Source: the human T2T-CHM13v2.0 reference genome, Homo sapiens
DNA: 64,000 nucleotides
Reading direction: 5' to 3' (one strand)
NCBI RefSeq assembly: GCF_009914755.1
Contig: NC_060932.1
Numbering within the stretch: position 1 is the stretch's first letter; each line of letters begins with the position of its first letter. This document shows positions 16,063 to 28,980 of this stretch, in pieces. A model generated the notes under the pieces. It saw nothing but the letters and a program-made list of their open reading frames with translations, was not told where the DNA came from and searched no databases. The translations under genes were made by a program, and so were the position numbers.

Positions 16063-19000
16063 TCCACAACTTTAACATCTCAAAATATTTTATTTTTAAA
16101 ACCTTTCTTTAACGCAAGGTATTAAGTTGTGAACACAAAAAGATAATGAAACAGCTCAACGTTGGAGAAAAAATTGCATAAGCCAGTGCCATTCAAGATG
16201 TGATGGATATGGAATGTTTAGGAAAAGATACACCATCAACTTTTCATTATGTGGTTGCAATCCTGGGGTTTCTGCTAGTTGGAACCTGTAAGAGGGATCA
16301 GCACAAAAATTGTATAAAATTAATACAAATACATAGTATCCTCATCATTAAGCTTTTGTATATCTTAAACTTTGTTTCACAATGCTGTTTATGACCATTA
16401 AATTACTAATGTACTTACTCAAGCTAGGAAACCTTCCTGAGAGGCTTCCCATTTTTGGACTTAGGTTGAATACTGTCTGTTGCTTTGCATGTCTTTGTCC
16501 ATCTGACAGGTTGCATCTTAGGATAATATTCACTGGATAGGACATTTCTGTATAATTTACTTTTTTTCTGAGTCAATAGCCTCTTTGCCTTCTCAAATGC
16601 ATCATGTTTTCTACTTACGGATGTTGGAATCTACTTAGTCTTCTAAAGTTTTGCATAATACAAATTATTAACCATTGTCATCTGCACAATGAAAAAAGTA
16701 AATTAACATCTTAGATATTAGTATACTTTATAAAGTAATCATTTCTTGATCTTTTTAGAATAGTAGAGTATATTTTCCCATGCCGATCCTCCTACCTACA
16801 TGTTTTACAGGTCTGTGAGTAGCAAAAGTGAAGAAATGAGAAACAAGTTAATTAGCTTGCTTTCTTGCTGGCTGACTGCCTGTGCTTTTAGCTGTTTCTC
16901 TGAAATTCTGATTGACCTAATCTTGTAATTTAACCTGCTTCATGGCAAACTGGTATAAAATCTATAAAAACTATTTATCAAAATTGTTAAAAGTGGCAGA
17001 GGTGCTGGACGCACATGTTCTTTATACCTCAAAGCTTTTAGAAAATCTTTCAACTGGCTTAAGTCCCCACATACAAGAAAAACCCACCAAGCCTCCTTCC
17101 CTCTTCAGATTCTCCCTCAGCCTGGAAGGAATGGGAGTTTCTGCCTCAAGACTGATCCTAGGTTCATTCCCATTTTCTCACCCAACAAAGTCCTGGCATC
17201 TTGGCTCCCTGATGTTGATGACTGAAGACACAGGTTGTTACCTGTTTCCATTTTTTAGGTGGAGTACTTCTTTTTTCTTCTTGAATGTTTAGAAAGCATG
17301 GTCAAGTTAGACTTATCTTGCAAATGTCAATATAGATCAAACAAAAGATTGAATATGAAAAAGGATTTATGATTTGGAGGTTTGGTTTGGTGATTCTGTT
17401 GGAGGAATTCTGATGTGAAGATTAAGAAGCTTGCTATAGGCAGGATACTTAATGGAAGGACAAGAGGTAGATGGAGCAAAAGAAAAAAAAAATCCTTAAA
17501 TCCCAGAGTTAAAACAAGGTGGTGCTTATAAAAATCATACTTGCTTTGTATAAAATTTTATCATCTATAATTTATTAATCAGTAAAACTGTAGGTATCCT
17601 TGATGCCAAAAAAGATTAAAATTCTATTTTTCCTAAACAGATTTTTTGATTCATTAATGTTTTCACGCTATAGAGAATCTGAGTATAAAGTTACCTAACT
17701 TTTAAAAACACATAGCGATCATAACGTAATGTCCCAACACACAGGGGCTCAGTTTCTTTGGGCCCTGGGCCTGTGTGGACACTAGAGGTTGGGTATAGAG
17801 GGAGAGCTAGAGAAACACACATGTAACCACTTTCATTGTGAACCCCCAAATGAGGAGGCCTCCTGGGAAAAATATAGTTTCTTTGCAAGACTTCAAGATG
17901 CATGTATCTGAGCATATCACAGGATCAGAAAGTTACTCTCATCTTGGTCAGTACAAAATCTCTATGACTAAGGCACCTGGGGTGGGCTTTACAGTTTCTA
18001 AAACCACTCGTTCCTCTAGGTAATAGGATAAAAGTGGCAGAAAAAGTGATGTCCTTCCTTCCATTGAATCATGTGACCTCATTAGTGTTACTTGATATTA
18101 TACAACCAGGTTATTTTGGGCCCACTTAAATATGTTTATTTTGATTACTTAGTTTTCTGTGGTAATTTCATGATTATTTCTTAAGATATCCAGAAACGTA
18201 CTCTTCCTTCATGCCCATGCTCATCATAGTTCTGATTTAGTAACCATTTTATTTTAGCTAGAAGATGGGTATTTCAATAATTTGAAATGAGTTAATGTGA
18301 GCCTAGATCCCAATCAGATCCAACATTTTAAGTGCTCATAAAAATGTGAAACCCTGCAATAACATTAAATCCCCATATGCAGAGGAAAACAATTCACATT
18401 TTTGTGGCACTGGCAGTGAACTTCCAGACATTTCTGCCTGGATTGTCTGTTAAGCCTCCTGCTATATTAATGTAGCTTTGGAAGAAAAGGGCGAAGTTAG
18501 GTTTAAAACGTCACATTCAAAACATTGTGCGTATGAGAAATATAACCCCAGGGCCAAAAGTCACCAATGAAAAGAAATTACACTGGTTGTGTAAACACTG
18601 TGTTCTTGAGGCAAGGAGGTGATTGTTTTTTGGTGTAAAGGAAAAATCTATTCCATTAGGGGAGGGAGGTGAGGCCTCCTAGAGAAGAGCTGGGAGTGTC
18701 AAATTAAAGAGAGGCTGTGGGTGGTGCCGGTTTGCATGTGCCTGAGGGAGGCACAGCTGGGCTCGGGGTCAGGCGCCTTGCGCCGCTATGTTAAGACAGG
18801 CTTTCCCGTCTCTACAGCTCCTTCCGGTCTTTTCTTAGCAGGCTCTTTAGTCCACCACGTCGCAAATGGGACGCTGCTTCCTTTGGGCCTTTCCTGACCC
18901 TTCCATTGTGGATCAGTCTTCGTTTTATGAGCTCCTTTAACGCTTTGTGTTGATCCCTCAATCTCAATGGCAGCTAAAAGGATGTAGCCTAGGGCACGTG

Positions 19001-21223
19001 CCCAGACTGTGCGGCTGCCCCGCTGCCCGGTGAGTGGCTCTACTGCGCTCCGCCCGAGGCGCCTTCTCATGCACCCCCGGCGTTCTCAGGAAGCACTTCT
19101 GCCAGCAGTTTACAAAGCATTTGACAGCAGGGGATTGGCCTCCTGCACAGGAAGTATGTGGCTGATTACAATCGTGAGTGTATAAATAGCTCAGAATTTA
19201 GAATTAATATTCAAATTTGTTGAAAATTGTTGAGAAAAACAAACCCATAGTTCTCAGGGATGGATGCTCTAAGGAATAATAGAATGGAACTGTTCTAAGA
19301 AGCCTGCCAATGACCTCTGGTGTAAAGCCACTAGGTAGAGTCATAGATCACCTCCTTCTCCAATTTTAAGACATAAAAATGCAGGTGACCCCTTGTGTAA
19401 GGTCAGTGGGTCACATCCACAGACCCCTCTCAATCTTCTGGTTCTAGATTGTTCTAGAAGAAAACGTGAGTTAAGTGGAACCCAGTCTCATTTCTGAGGC
19501 TCTGCAGGTTTCTTAAGCTTATATGGAAGCCACTTTTCCAACTACAGTGGGATGTGTTATGGAAGTGGGTACTCCTTGGGAGTCGATGTGGTAATATATG
19601 TGAAAATGGGCTTTGCGTCCTCAGGAGACTAGAAGATATAAAAATCCAAGGTATTACTGTAATTACTTGGCCTACAGTTAAATTGAGACTGTACAGCTGT
19701 CTCTTGGTATTTATTCTCAGGGAGTTCATCTGCTGTCTAACTAAGGAAATGGGAAAATGATAGGACACCCAGTCCATGTTTCTCAGGAGTGATTTATAAA
19801 GAGTGCAATGGAGGTGGAGAAAAGCTCACTGTTTAATACAAATATTTTTTCGTTTAGGCTCAATTATTTTACATAATTTATTGCTTGTTGAAGTCTGTGA
19901 ATAGATGCAGCTATTTTCTTTGCTAATCAGTGACCTGAAGTTAAAATGAGTGGAGAGGTTTTAGGCACAAGTGTGTTAGTTTTGCTTCCTCCATTTCATG
20001 CTTCTCTAAAAGCCAAAGTCCTTGAACAGATGTTCCTAAGATTTTTCCACAATGTAAATAAGTGACCCCTAGAGAAAGAGAAAAACCATAGCATGGAAAG
20101 TTTTTGGGAAAAAAATACTTTGTTTTTCAGAAAATTATAAATGAAGGTAAATAAATATGAATATGATGAGAATATTTATGAAATTTAAACTTTAACATTC
20201 TCTTCCTAATACCATAATAGTTTGGTTTTATTTTTTTACAGATATTTCTGTTGTAATTTTGGTCATCAGAAACGAAAATTTGTTTCTCATTCGTTTTTGA
20301 CTAGAAACTCTGCTTTATTTTGTATTAAAAGATTAAAAAATCTCATTATTCGTGTTTCCATGACAGCATAAGATTTTTTTTTTTAAAAGCATCAGTATTT
20401 CTGAAAGTTGTACGGTATTTTCAATTGCATATCTAGGGAGCAATTATAATTATAGTTTCAAGAGATGGTTTGGAGCTTAAACCATCTTAATATTTGCTAG
20501 TAGAATTTTAAGTCTATTAATTCACTAAAAGACAGATTTTACTTTCTCAAACCTGAACCTATAATTTTAAACTTTAGTCAAAACCATATATTCTGTAACC
20601 TGCCATTGAACTTTCTTGGGTGCAAGCATATTACCTGTGGAAAGATGATAGCTTGCAAAAGACTCTGAGGGAAGGGGAATATGGAAAAGCAGGTACGGAG
20701 TGGCGAAGGAGCATTTGACTTGTTCGTAACTAAATGACTCATGATTTGAACTAAGGTGTATCTGCCCCATCCCGCCGCCACTGAACGCAAAGCCGTACAG
20801 AAACAAAGACGAGATTTTAACTAAAGGAACTGAGATTCAGAAAACAAGCTAGTCCAGAAAACAAGGGTCACCGCCACTTCACTGCTGTCTCTCATCTGTT
20901 TTGCAACATGTGTGGCATCTATCTTCTGGGACAGTTATAAAATATGGGCTAAGGAGGTGAAGTTGCAGGGATGGTAGAGAAATAAAAAAGTGGCAGATAT
21001 ACAAGAAGGGAGGAACTAGCGCAAGTAAGAAAAATGTACAAATCCAATTTTATATCGAGCCGATTGCTCTGGGTCTCATTGACCTTGGCAGGACTCAAAG
21101 GGTCATATTTTATGTGGATGAAGCATCTTCAATTTCTCCTGCATCTCTGGAGCATGCAAATGTTTTTTTCCATCCCGCATCACTACATTCCTTATATTCC
21201 TCAAAGTTCTTTTATATTAATAG

Positions 21224-21278
21224 ATGTTTCTTGACGTCAAGACATGTTTCTTGACATTAAGACGTGTTTCTTGATGTT
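21224..21278. repeat. 20-bp tandem repeat x ~2.7
   Basis: atgtttcttgacgtcaagac / atgtttcttgacattaagac / gtgtttcttgatgtt. Confidence 0.85.
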
Positions 21279-21959
21279 TTTTGAATCTGTCTTGACATGA
21301 TCTTTTTTATTATTAAAGAAAAGTACCTTTTTGATTTTGCCTGAACTTTTGAACCTCTAGCCTCTGATATGATACTAGAGCTTTCCTGACAAATTCTCCA
21401 CTATATTTTAGAAATAGAATAACATAATTAACTGAGTTTATGAGTCACATGAAGTCGTCGTCCTCAGATGTCATCATTAAACATGATGGTGCACCTCAGT
21501 GTTCTTTTCTTGACGGATTCTGACTTGGGGAGGTCATCCTGGTGGAGTTACTGCACATCTGCACTGGGCAAGTGTTTCTAGCAGGATCATTTTCTTGACC
21601 TCATCTTCCCATTCCTTATTGGGAGCTGTATTAATTTAGAGAAGTACACTCAGATGGAGTTAAAGATAAGGGAAAGGGATGGAAACACATTCTGCCTAGA
21701 ATACTTCTCAGCAATCACATATGAAAGAATGCACAGCTCCCTGGCATGCTCCCCTGTCCCTGGTTCACTATCACCAGCTGCTGTGCCCCTCAAGCAGTGG
21801 ATAATATCATTTTCTATGTGTAAGAGATCAGGCTGACTTAATCCTTCAGGCTGCAAGTGGTGATAGCACTTTGTCTCACAGGAAATTTTTCTAGATGCAA
21901 CATACATTTTTAGAGTAGCTTGGGCCAGTGCTTTTCACATCTTTGACATACAGACAAAA

Positions 21960-22496
21960 ATTAGTAAAGATTTATTGAGTTGCAAATAAGAGAAAACTCT
22001 AACAATAAAGACATTTAGCATCTCAGAAAAAGAAGTCCAGAAATAAGACAGGTTTCAGGTCGGTTGATTCAACACTCATGGGTGTCTTAAAAACCAGGTT
22101 TAGTTCATCCTTCCCTCTACCTTCTGTGTCAACCCATTCTCACCTCTGAGAACAAGATGTTTGCAGCCCTTTCAGGTATCACATCCAGACCAAAGGATGT
22201 CCAAAGGCAAAAAATGGGCTATATATCCCAGGGTCTCCTTAGGAGTACAAAAACATTTCTTAGAAGCCCCCCAGAAAGTCTCCTTTTACATTATATTGCC
22301 CAGAAATGGATCACTTACCTAGAGAATCCATTGGCAAGGTGAATATTACCATTATCGCTGGCTTAGACCAATCACCACTCACACCTAGACTTGGGGAAAG
22401 GGTAAGCTTACCCATAGTGGTTGACATTTAAACTAAATATGCATTCTGCCTTCTGAGAAGAAATTGTAATGGAGACAACCAAGAGTAACTGCTACA
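21960..22496 (-). mobile_element. MLT1K/L-like MaLR LTR
   Basis: gttgcaaataagagaaa...aagaagtccaga...caagatgtttgcagcc...agaagcccccca...ctgctaca follows old MLT1 LTRs in antisense. Confidence 0.7.
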
Positions 22497-23031
22497 CTCA
22501 CAAACAATTTTGAGGAATATTTCACAGAGATCTTAAAAGTTCTCTAAATCCCCAGATTCAAACCACAGAAGGAATTTTATATTTGAAAATAAAAATGTTG
22601 GCCTGCTTTTTTGTATCTATGTCCAGTTACTGCGATGTGATGACTGTATTTCATAGGCACCCACTGGAATTTCAACATTTTCAGATATACTACCACAAAA
22701 CAAATATACGCAAATTAATAGTGAACTATGCCTGAGTAGAGAAGAAGCTAAATGCCTCTCATTTACAAAACCAAATTTGTTTCTCATAACATTTCTATGG
22801 CATAGATATTAACCCATTTTTCATGTAGACAAATTAAGGCTTAGAGAAGGTAAAGGCTTAAACAAAGTCTCATGGCCAGTAGGAATCCAGATTCAGTTTC
22901 TTGATATTTTGAAGATATTAATTGAAATGAGTTAACATAATCTGGGCTTCAAGTTTTTTATATAATATGTATATTCAATGTTGCCAGTTACAGATGGTTG
23001 GATGAAAGTAATTCATTTACCTTTACTGACC

Positions 23032-23392
23032 TGATATGGTTTGACTCTGTCCCCACCCAAATCTTATCTTGAATTGTAGCTCCCTTAATTCCCATGTGTT
23101 ATGGGAGGAACCCAGTGGGAGATCGTTGAATCATGGAAGTGGTTTCCCCATAATGTTCTTATGGTAGTAAATAAGTCTCACAAGATCTGATGGTTTTGTA
23201 AGAGGAATCCCCTTTCACTTGGTTCTCATTCTCTCTTGTCTGCCACCATGTAAGACATGCCTTTCACCTTCCTCCATGATTGTGAGGCCTCCTCAGCCAC
23301 GTGGAACTGTGAGTCCATTAAACATCTTTTTCTTTATAAATTACCCAGTCTTGGGTATGTCTTTATCAGCAGAGTGAAAATGGACTAATACA
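23032..23392 (+). mobile_element. THE1 (THE1C-like) solo LTR
   Basis: tgatatggtttgactctgtccccaccc...ggactaataca termini. TSD tgacc / tgatc with one mismatch. Confidence 0.95.
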
Positions 23393-24349
23393 TGATCCAT
23401 ATTCTCTTGCAGGAAGGGCTTAGTATGTGCATATAAAATAAAAATCCTAATATTCACAATTTGCCTTTCTTGGAGGTGGTGTTTGCAAGTTCCACAAAAG
23501 GGCATGTAGGATGTGCACAAAGCATTCATCTTCATCTGTAGATAGTATCATCATAGATGTTAGTTACAGAGCACTTTTCCCCTGGGCAGCTTCAAGCACT
23601 CCTTGGAATTTACTCTGGTGAATACTCTTGTGATTAATATTACTATCCTTCCCTTTTGATACATGATAAACAAATGGAAGAAATACAAATGTACCGAGTT
23701 GGCTAGTCTTTCACATTGCATAGGCTAGTGAACTGAAAGAAAAGTGATGTGATGGTCCTTATGGAGCAGGGAGCTGGTTGGGCTGGAATGAAAATCAGCC
23801 CTCTCCCTTTACTACCTGAGGCTTTCTGCTGGAGTTCAGGCTTCATCTGTCCGTTTGAGATGGCTACACAGAAGGGGCCACCATATCTATCCTCTGTGCC
23901 CTCATGGAGCTTAGCACCTTACTGGAAATGCACACACCTGCAGCTCCATGGTTAAGCAAATGTGTGCTGTTGAGCCAGTGCTACCCATAAGAACGTCTGT
24001 GCAGATAGATGCACAGGAGAGGTGAGTGTAGTGGGGGTAGTAGGTGGGGATGCAGAGGCAGTTGGTGGGGATGCAGCCGCCATCCCATGCGGTGGCTTCT
24101 AGATGGGGAGCTGTGGATGGTGGCCCAGTGGCAGGGTTTGTAGCCAAGCAGAAACATGTGTGGCCAGCGGGGAGAATCAGTAAAGCAGAAACACAGGAGA
24201 GACTGTGCCGCCAGGACACCCTCCTGCTGCCTACTACTCTGCCAACTGCTGGGACATAGCCACCTTTCTATCTTGATTTCTTGGTATAATAAACCCTTAG
24301 TAATCTCAGTAATACTAATCATATCAGTCCTAATAACTAATGATGGGAA

Positions 24350-24530
24350 CAACAGCATTATTGATAACCAAGCACCATACAGAGTTAATTTACAAGCATG
24401 ACCTCATTTTGTGATCACAACCAGCCTGGGAATTAGGCCTCATTATCCCTACTGTGTATATTAAGAAACAGAGCTTCTAAGAGGAGGTGACACTTGTTCA
24501 AGGTTGAGCAATCACTAAGTGATAGAGTCT
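24350..24530 (-). mobile_element. MIR SINE
   Basis: ctcattttgtgatcacaacc...cattatccct...aagaaacagag...ttgttcaaggtt core. Confidence 0.6.
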
Positions 24531-25706
24531 TGCACCCCGTCCACTTGGTTCCCTAATTAAGGAATGGGAGTTCTAAATAAGCACACAGACACTCAGTTGC
24601 CCTACAAATATGGTCTTTGAATAACTTTGAGTGACTATTCCTTTCTTAGTTATTATCTGAACATACAGACCTCATTCATGCTGGCTGCCCATTTATGACG
24701 CCTTTTCCCATTAAGACTGACCTTGATACAAAGAATAAGACAAACAGCCCATAAAATCCTCCTGTCCAAAACCACCTGGTTGAAGGCAGCATTGTGGGGT
24801 AGGCAGAAGATGAGTGGTCTCTCCCACACCTGCGGTCACCAGCGAGGCCAGCATGGCTCCACACTGGTCTGTTGACTGCTCTCCTCCACTTCACTACATT
24901 TCACTGCATCCGCCACTCCTTACTCCTACTCCTGGAAACTCCCTCCTCCCCTGGGCTTCAGACGCCAGCAGAATTCCCAATAGCTTGGCTTTGGAGTCAG
25001 ATAGACTCAGTCCTGGCCCCCACCTGTTCCCAGGGATGCTGTCTAGCCTTACAGCTCTGTGCCTACTCTCCTTGCAGCAACAAGAGAAAACAGCAGGACT
25101 TGCTGCAGAGGTTCCTGCAAGGACTGGCTGGTGTGCTTGTCAGTACCTGGTGAACCCTGCAGTGCAGGGAGCACTCACTCCTCCCAGCCTGGGGGAAGGG
25201 GGTAAGAACGAGGGTCACTGGTCAAAATGAGAAAGCAGGCATGTGGTCGTCTGTGCTAGCACCTGACCTCTTCCTGCAGCAGAGGATCCTGGGAGTCATT
25301 GTTGGTCCCTCCCCTCTGTTCTGAGATGGCAGGACCCCAGTGGCATCAAAGAAGCAGAGACCTGAGGGGTAGCTGTCTGCCCCGTGAAGCCTGAGACCCC
25401 CTCTCTGGGCAGCCCCTGCACTGGCCACCACCTGGGAGCGCATGGATCCTTCTAGTTAATGCCTACTCCCAGATCTGATGTGGAGTGTTGTTTATTGTAG
25501 ACATCCATGTCTCTGTCTCTCCAACCAGGCCTCCTGGGTGGCTGGAGGCAGGGGAGATATTTATTCTCAATGACATATATAGTAGGCATTCAGTAAACCT
25601 TAGCTGGACTGGTGAATTATCTTTCAATCACTCATTGTCCCTGTGAAACCATGTGAAAGAGAGAAACGTCAGAAGATTTCTGCCTGTTGTATTAATTCCT
25701 TCAAGG

Positions 25707-25918
25707 CAGGGATCCACAAACTTTTTCTCTAAAGGGCCAGAGAGTAAATACTTAGGCTCTGTAGGCCATCCAGTCTCTGTCAGAACTACTCAACGCTGCT
25801 GTTGCAGTGCAAAAGCAACACACATAAATGCACCAGCCCTGCTATGTTCCGGCAAAACTCAGTTTACACAAACATGGGTGGGCTGAGTGGGCACAAAGGC
25901 TGGAGTCTGTCTACTTCT
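25707..25918. mobile_element. MER58A (hAT-Charlie) DNA transposon
   Basis: cagggatccacaaactttttctctaaagggccagagagtaaat...actactcaac matches MER58A. Confidence 0.85.
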
Positions 25919-26607
25919 ATTGGAAGGGTTGCCACAGAGCTTTTAAACTCGGTGCCATAAGAAAATTTCCATACCATGTGTCTTCCAAACATAAAGCCTT
26001 CAAGCAACTATGCTAACCCTGTGGGCAGCCTCCACATATCATTCATTCATTCATGTGCTAAATGATTCTGGGCCCTCCCATGGCCAAGTGCTTTCCCAGG
26101 TGCAAAAAGAAACAACCCCCAAGCTAGAACCTCAGGTTCCTAATTAGTCCCGAGAGGCGTGCCCCGAGAAGCCTTTCTTTGCTCAAGATTTCAATTCGGT
26201 TGATCCTTTGGCTTTTGAATATTTCCTCAACTGGTATGGCTTCAACTCAATGAGTCCTCAAGGAGACCCCTCACTGCAGCCTTGTCTCTGTTTTGGGGAC
26301 ATGCTTTGGGCTTTCTTGGGCAATGCTCCTGTGGGATTGAGCTAGAGCTGGCAGTGGGACCTTGAACCCTTCCCTGCTCCACTGGGCTGACCGTGCGGTC
26401 TGAGCTCCTGGGAAGAAGCAGACGTTAAGTGTGTTGGAACATCCCTGCGCTCTCTCTGCTGAAAGAGTACAGTATATGTCGGTGTATTTATACATATATG
26501 TATAATTTTTAAAAATTACACTAAAATTTTAGGAGAAAAAAATCCTTATTTAAACAATTGAAATGATGAGATATATAAGATCAGTAACTGTTTAGACAAG
26601 AGTATAA

Positions 26608-26937
26608 TTTATTTTATTTTATTTTATTTATTTATTTTTGAGACGGAGTCTCCCTCTGTTGCCCAGGCTAGAGTGCAGTGGCACGATCTCAGCTCGCTGC
26701 AGCCTCCGTCACCCAGGTTCAAGCAATTCTCCTGCCTCAGCTGCACCCACCGCCCTGCCCCAGAGTAGCTGGGATTAGAGGCATGTGCCACCAGGCCTGG
26801 CTAATTTTTGTATTTTTAGTAGAGACAGGGTTTTACCATGTTGGCCAGACTGGTCTTGAACTCCTGACCTCAGGTGATCCACCTGCCTCAACCTCCCAAA
26901 GTGCTGTGATTACAGGTGTGAGCCACCACGCCCGGCC
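26608..26937 (-). mobile_element. AluSx-like with a small internal C-rich insertion
   Basis: Full antisense dimer with a (TTTA)n tail. TSD caagagtataattt / caagaatataattt. About 16 extra bases near 26742-26760. Confidence 0.95.
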
Positions 26938-27217
26938 CAAGAATATAATTTAAATGGACATATGTGAACAATATTTTCTGATAAGCAATACTACTGAATA
27001 GTGAGATCTAAAACATTTTTCAATATAGTCCCAGCATTTTGGTAAATTATCTTTTGGTAAATATCACCGAAGAAATTCATTTCTTCATTGACAGTGTTTT
27101 TTCTGCAAAACAAAATATCCCTTACTGTTTCCTGAGGAGAAATATTTAGGCAAATAGATCTCCTTTAGATTGGCTAGAATTTTCATACATAGAGAAAAAC
27201 TGAAAAGGGCAGGTAGC

Positions 27218-28126
27218 CAGTGGTGTGCTGGTAAATGTATAACAACCAGATCTTCAGGAAAAAATGTATGCATATATATGCACATAATTTTACTAACCAT
27301 CATCTATGCATAAAGATGTACTGTGCACAAGTTGCAAACAATCATAGCATATATGATGATAAAACATATGCTTTATCATAAATTCTGTTTTATCCTCACA
27401 GAATGCTTTCGTTGATTTTGCTGAAATCTTGTTTCTGTAGCCAACCTAGTGTTGCAGCTGATGTGCAGATGTGACTTCAACATGAATGTTGGTTGATATT
27501 TTCATAATAATACTAACAAGTAAGGTGAAAAGGAAACAATGAAGATGTGTGTTGGAATGTCACTTGCTCTTCAATGATGTGAGCTATTTATTTGCTGAAT
27601 TGGATAATGGGTTCTGAACAGAGGAAGAATATTCTCTCAATTGCTGTGCTATTTCACAACGTAACAGCTACCTACACAACACACTTTTAGGTTTAATCTG
27701 CATTATACACATTTTATTCTTCACTTTCATAGGTCTAAGTAATGCATGAAGCTATAAATAAAGGTCTGATCTGTGGCATTTGCTGATTCCAGTGGTATAA
27801 ATACTCCCACCGTGGCTGATTTCATGATACGAATGAGACATCATGAGCTCAGAGCTGGAACGAGATGTGCAGTAGCTTGCTGTTAGGCTGTGCTTCCACC
27901 ACACAGATACCAGAGATCTAGAACGTGCTAAAGTGGAGTAAAATATGGACAAAGTAGTGATTTTTGAGTTCTTACTAACTTTGCATTTAATATAAGTCAT
28001 TCAGTTATAGTTCTATATAATTTGACATTTAATAATGGCAGAGTTTAACAAAAAGCTCACAGAATTCCTGATGGTTTAATAGATTTTTTTTGTAAGCCAT
28101 TATGAGCTAGTTCCAGCATGCTATTG
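27218..28126. mobile_element. MER63 (hAT-Blackjack; ~910 bp, MER63C-like) DNA transposon
   Basis: Terminal inverted repeats cagtggtgtgctgg ... ccagcatgctattg. Confidence 0.8.
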
Positions 28127-28356
28127 TTCTTTGACAAATATATATTTTCCACTGATGCTGTGATTACTGAGCTGAGTTTGCTGAATGGCTCAACAATTAA
28201 AATGAGAAAAAACTTTTAAAAAATTGTAACTTTTTTTTGCCGAAATAGTCTCAATGGCTCCCAACAAGATATGTTGTGTGCATTTTTTCATGGAATTACC
28301 TTAGAAACTCATATTGCTTCTGGTGACTCTTACTGTATCAACATAAGTATACATAT

Positions 28357-28555
28357 TGCAATAATAAGACAACTCATTGACCTAATTACTAATAGTTCAT
28401 ATTGAGGATTAATATTGACAAAACTGCAATAATGAGACAACTCATTGACCTAATTACTAATGGTAATATTGGGGATTATACATTGACAATAATGCAATAA
28501 TGAGACAAATCATTGACCCAATTACCAATAGTACATATCAGGGGTTATATATTGA
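28357..28555. repeat. AT-rich 68-bp tandem repeat x ~3
   Basis: Units start at 28357, 28425 and 28493 with tgcaataatRagacaa.tcattgacc.aattac.aat. Confidence 0.9.
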
Positions 28556-28771
28556 TTCTATATTCAGTGAACATAGAATTATATTAAACATAGACTGCAA
28601 ATTCCATGAGTGTAAGGACTGACTCCTCTAAGTTCTTGTAAAATATCATATATATATATTTGGTAATGTATCTAAAATTATTATCGTCTATCATCATGAT
28701 AATGTGTAATTCAGATTTAAGCCACTTAACACAGGTAAAATTAATCATGAGGCCAATACAAAAAATATCTC

Positions 28772-28980
28772 ACCTGGGCAACATAATGAGACATCATCTC
28801 TACAAAAAAATTAAAAAATTAGCTGGGTGTGCTGGCATGCACCTGTCATCTCAACTACTGGTGAGGCTGAGACAGGAGGATGGCTTGAGCCCAGGAGGCT
28901 GAGGCTGCAGTGAGCTGTGATCAAGCTATGATGCACTCCAGCCTGGACTACAGAGTGAGGTCCTGTCTCAAAAAAGAAAA
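28772..28980 (+). mobile_element. 5'-truncated AluJ
   Basis: Begins at cctgggcaacata. Right arm and A tail are present. Confidence 0.9.
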
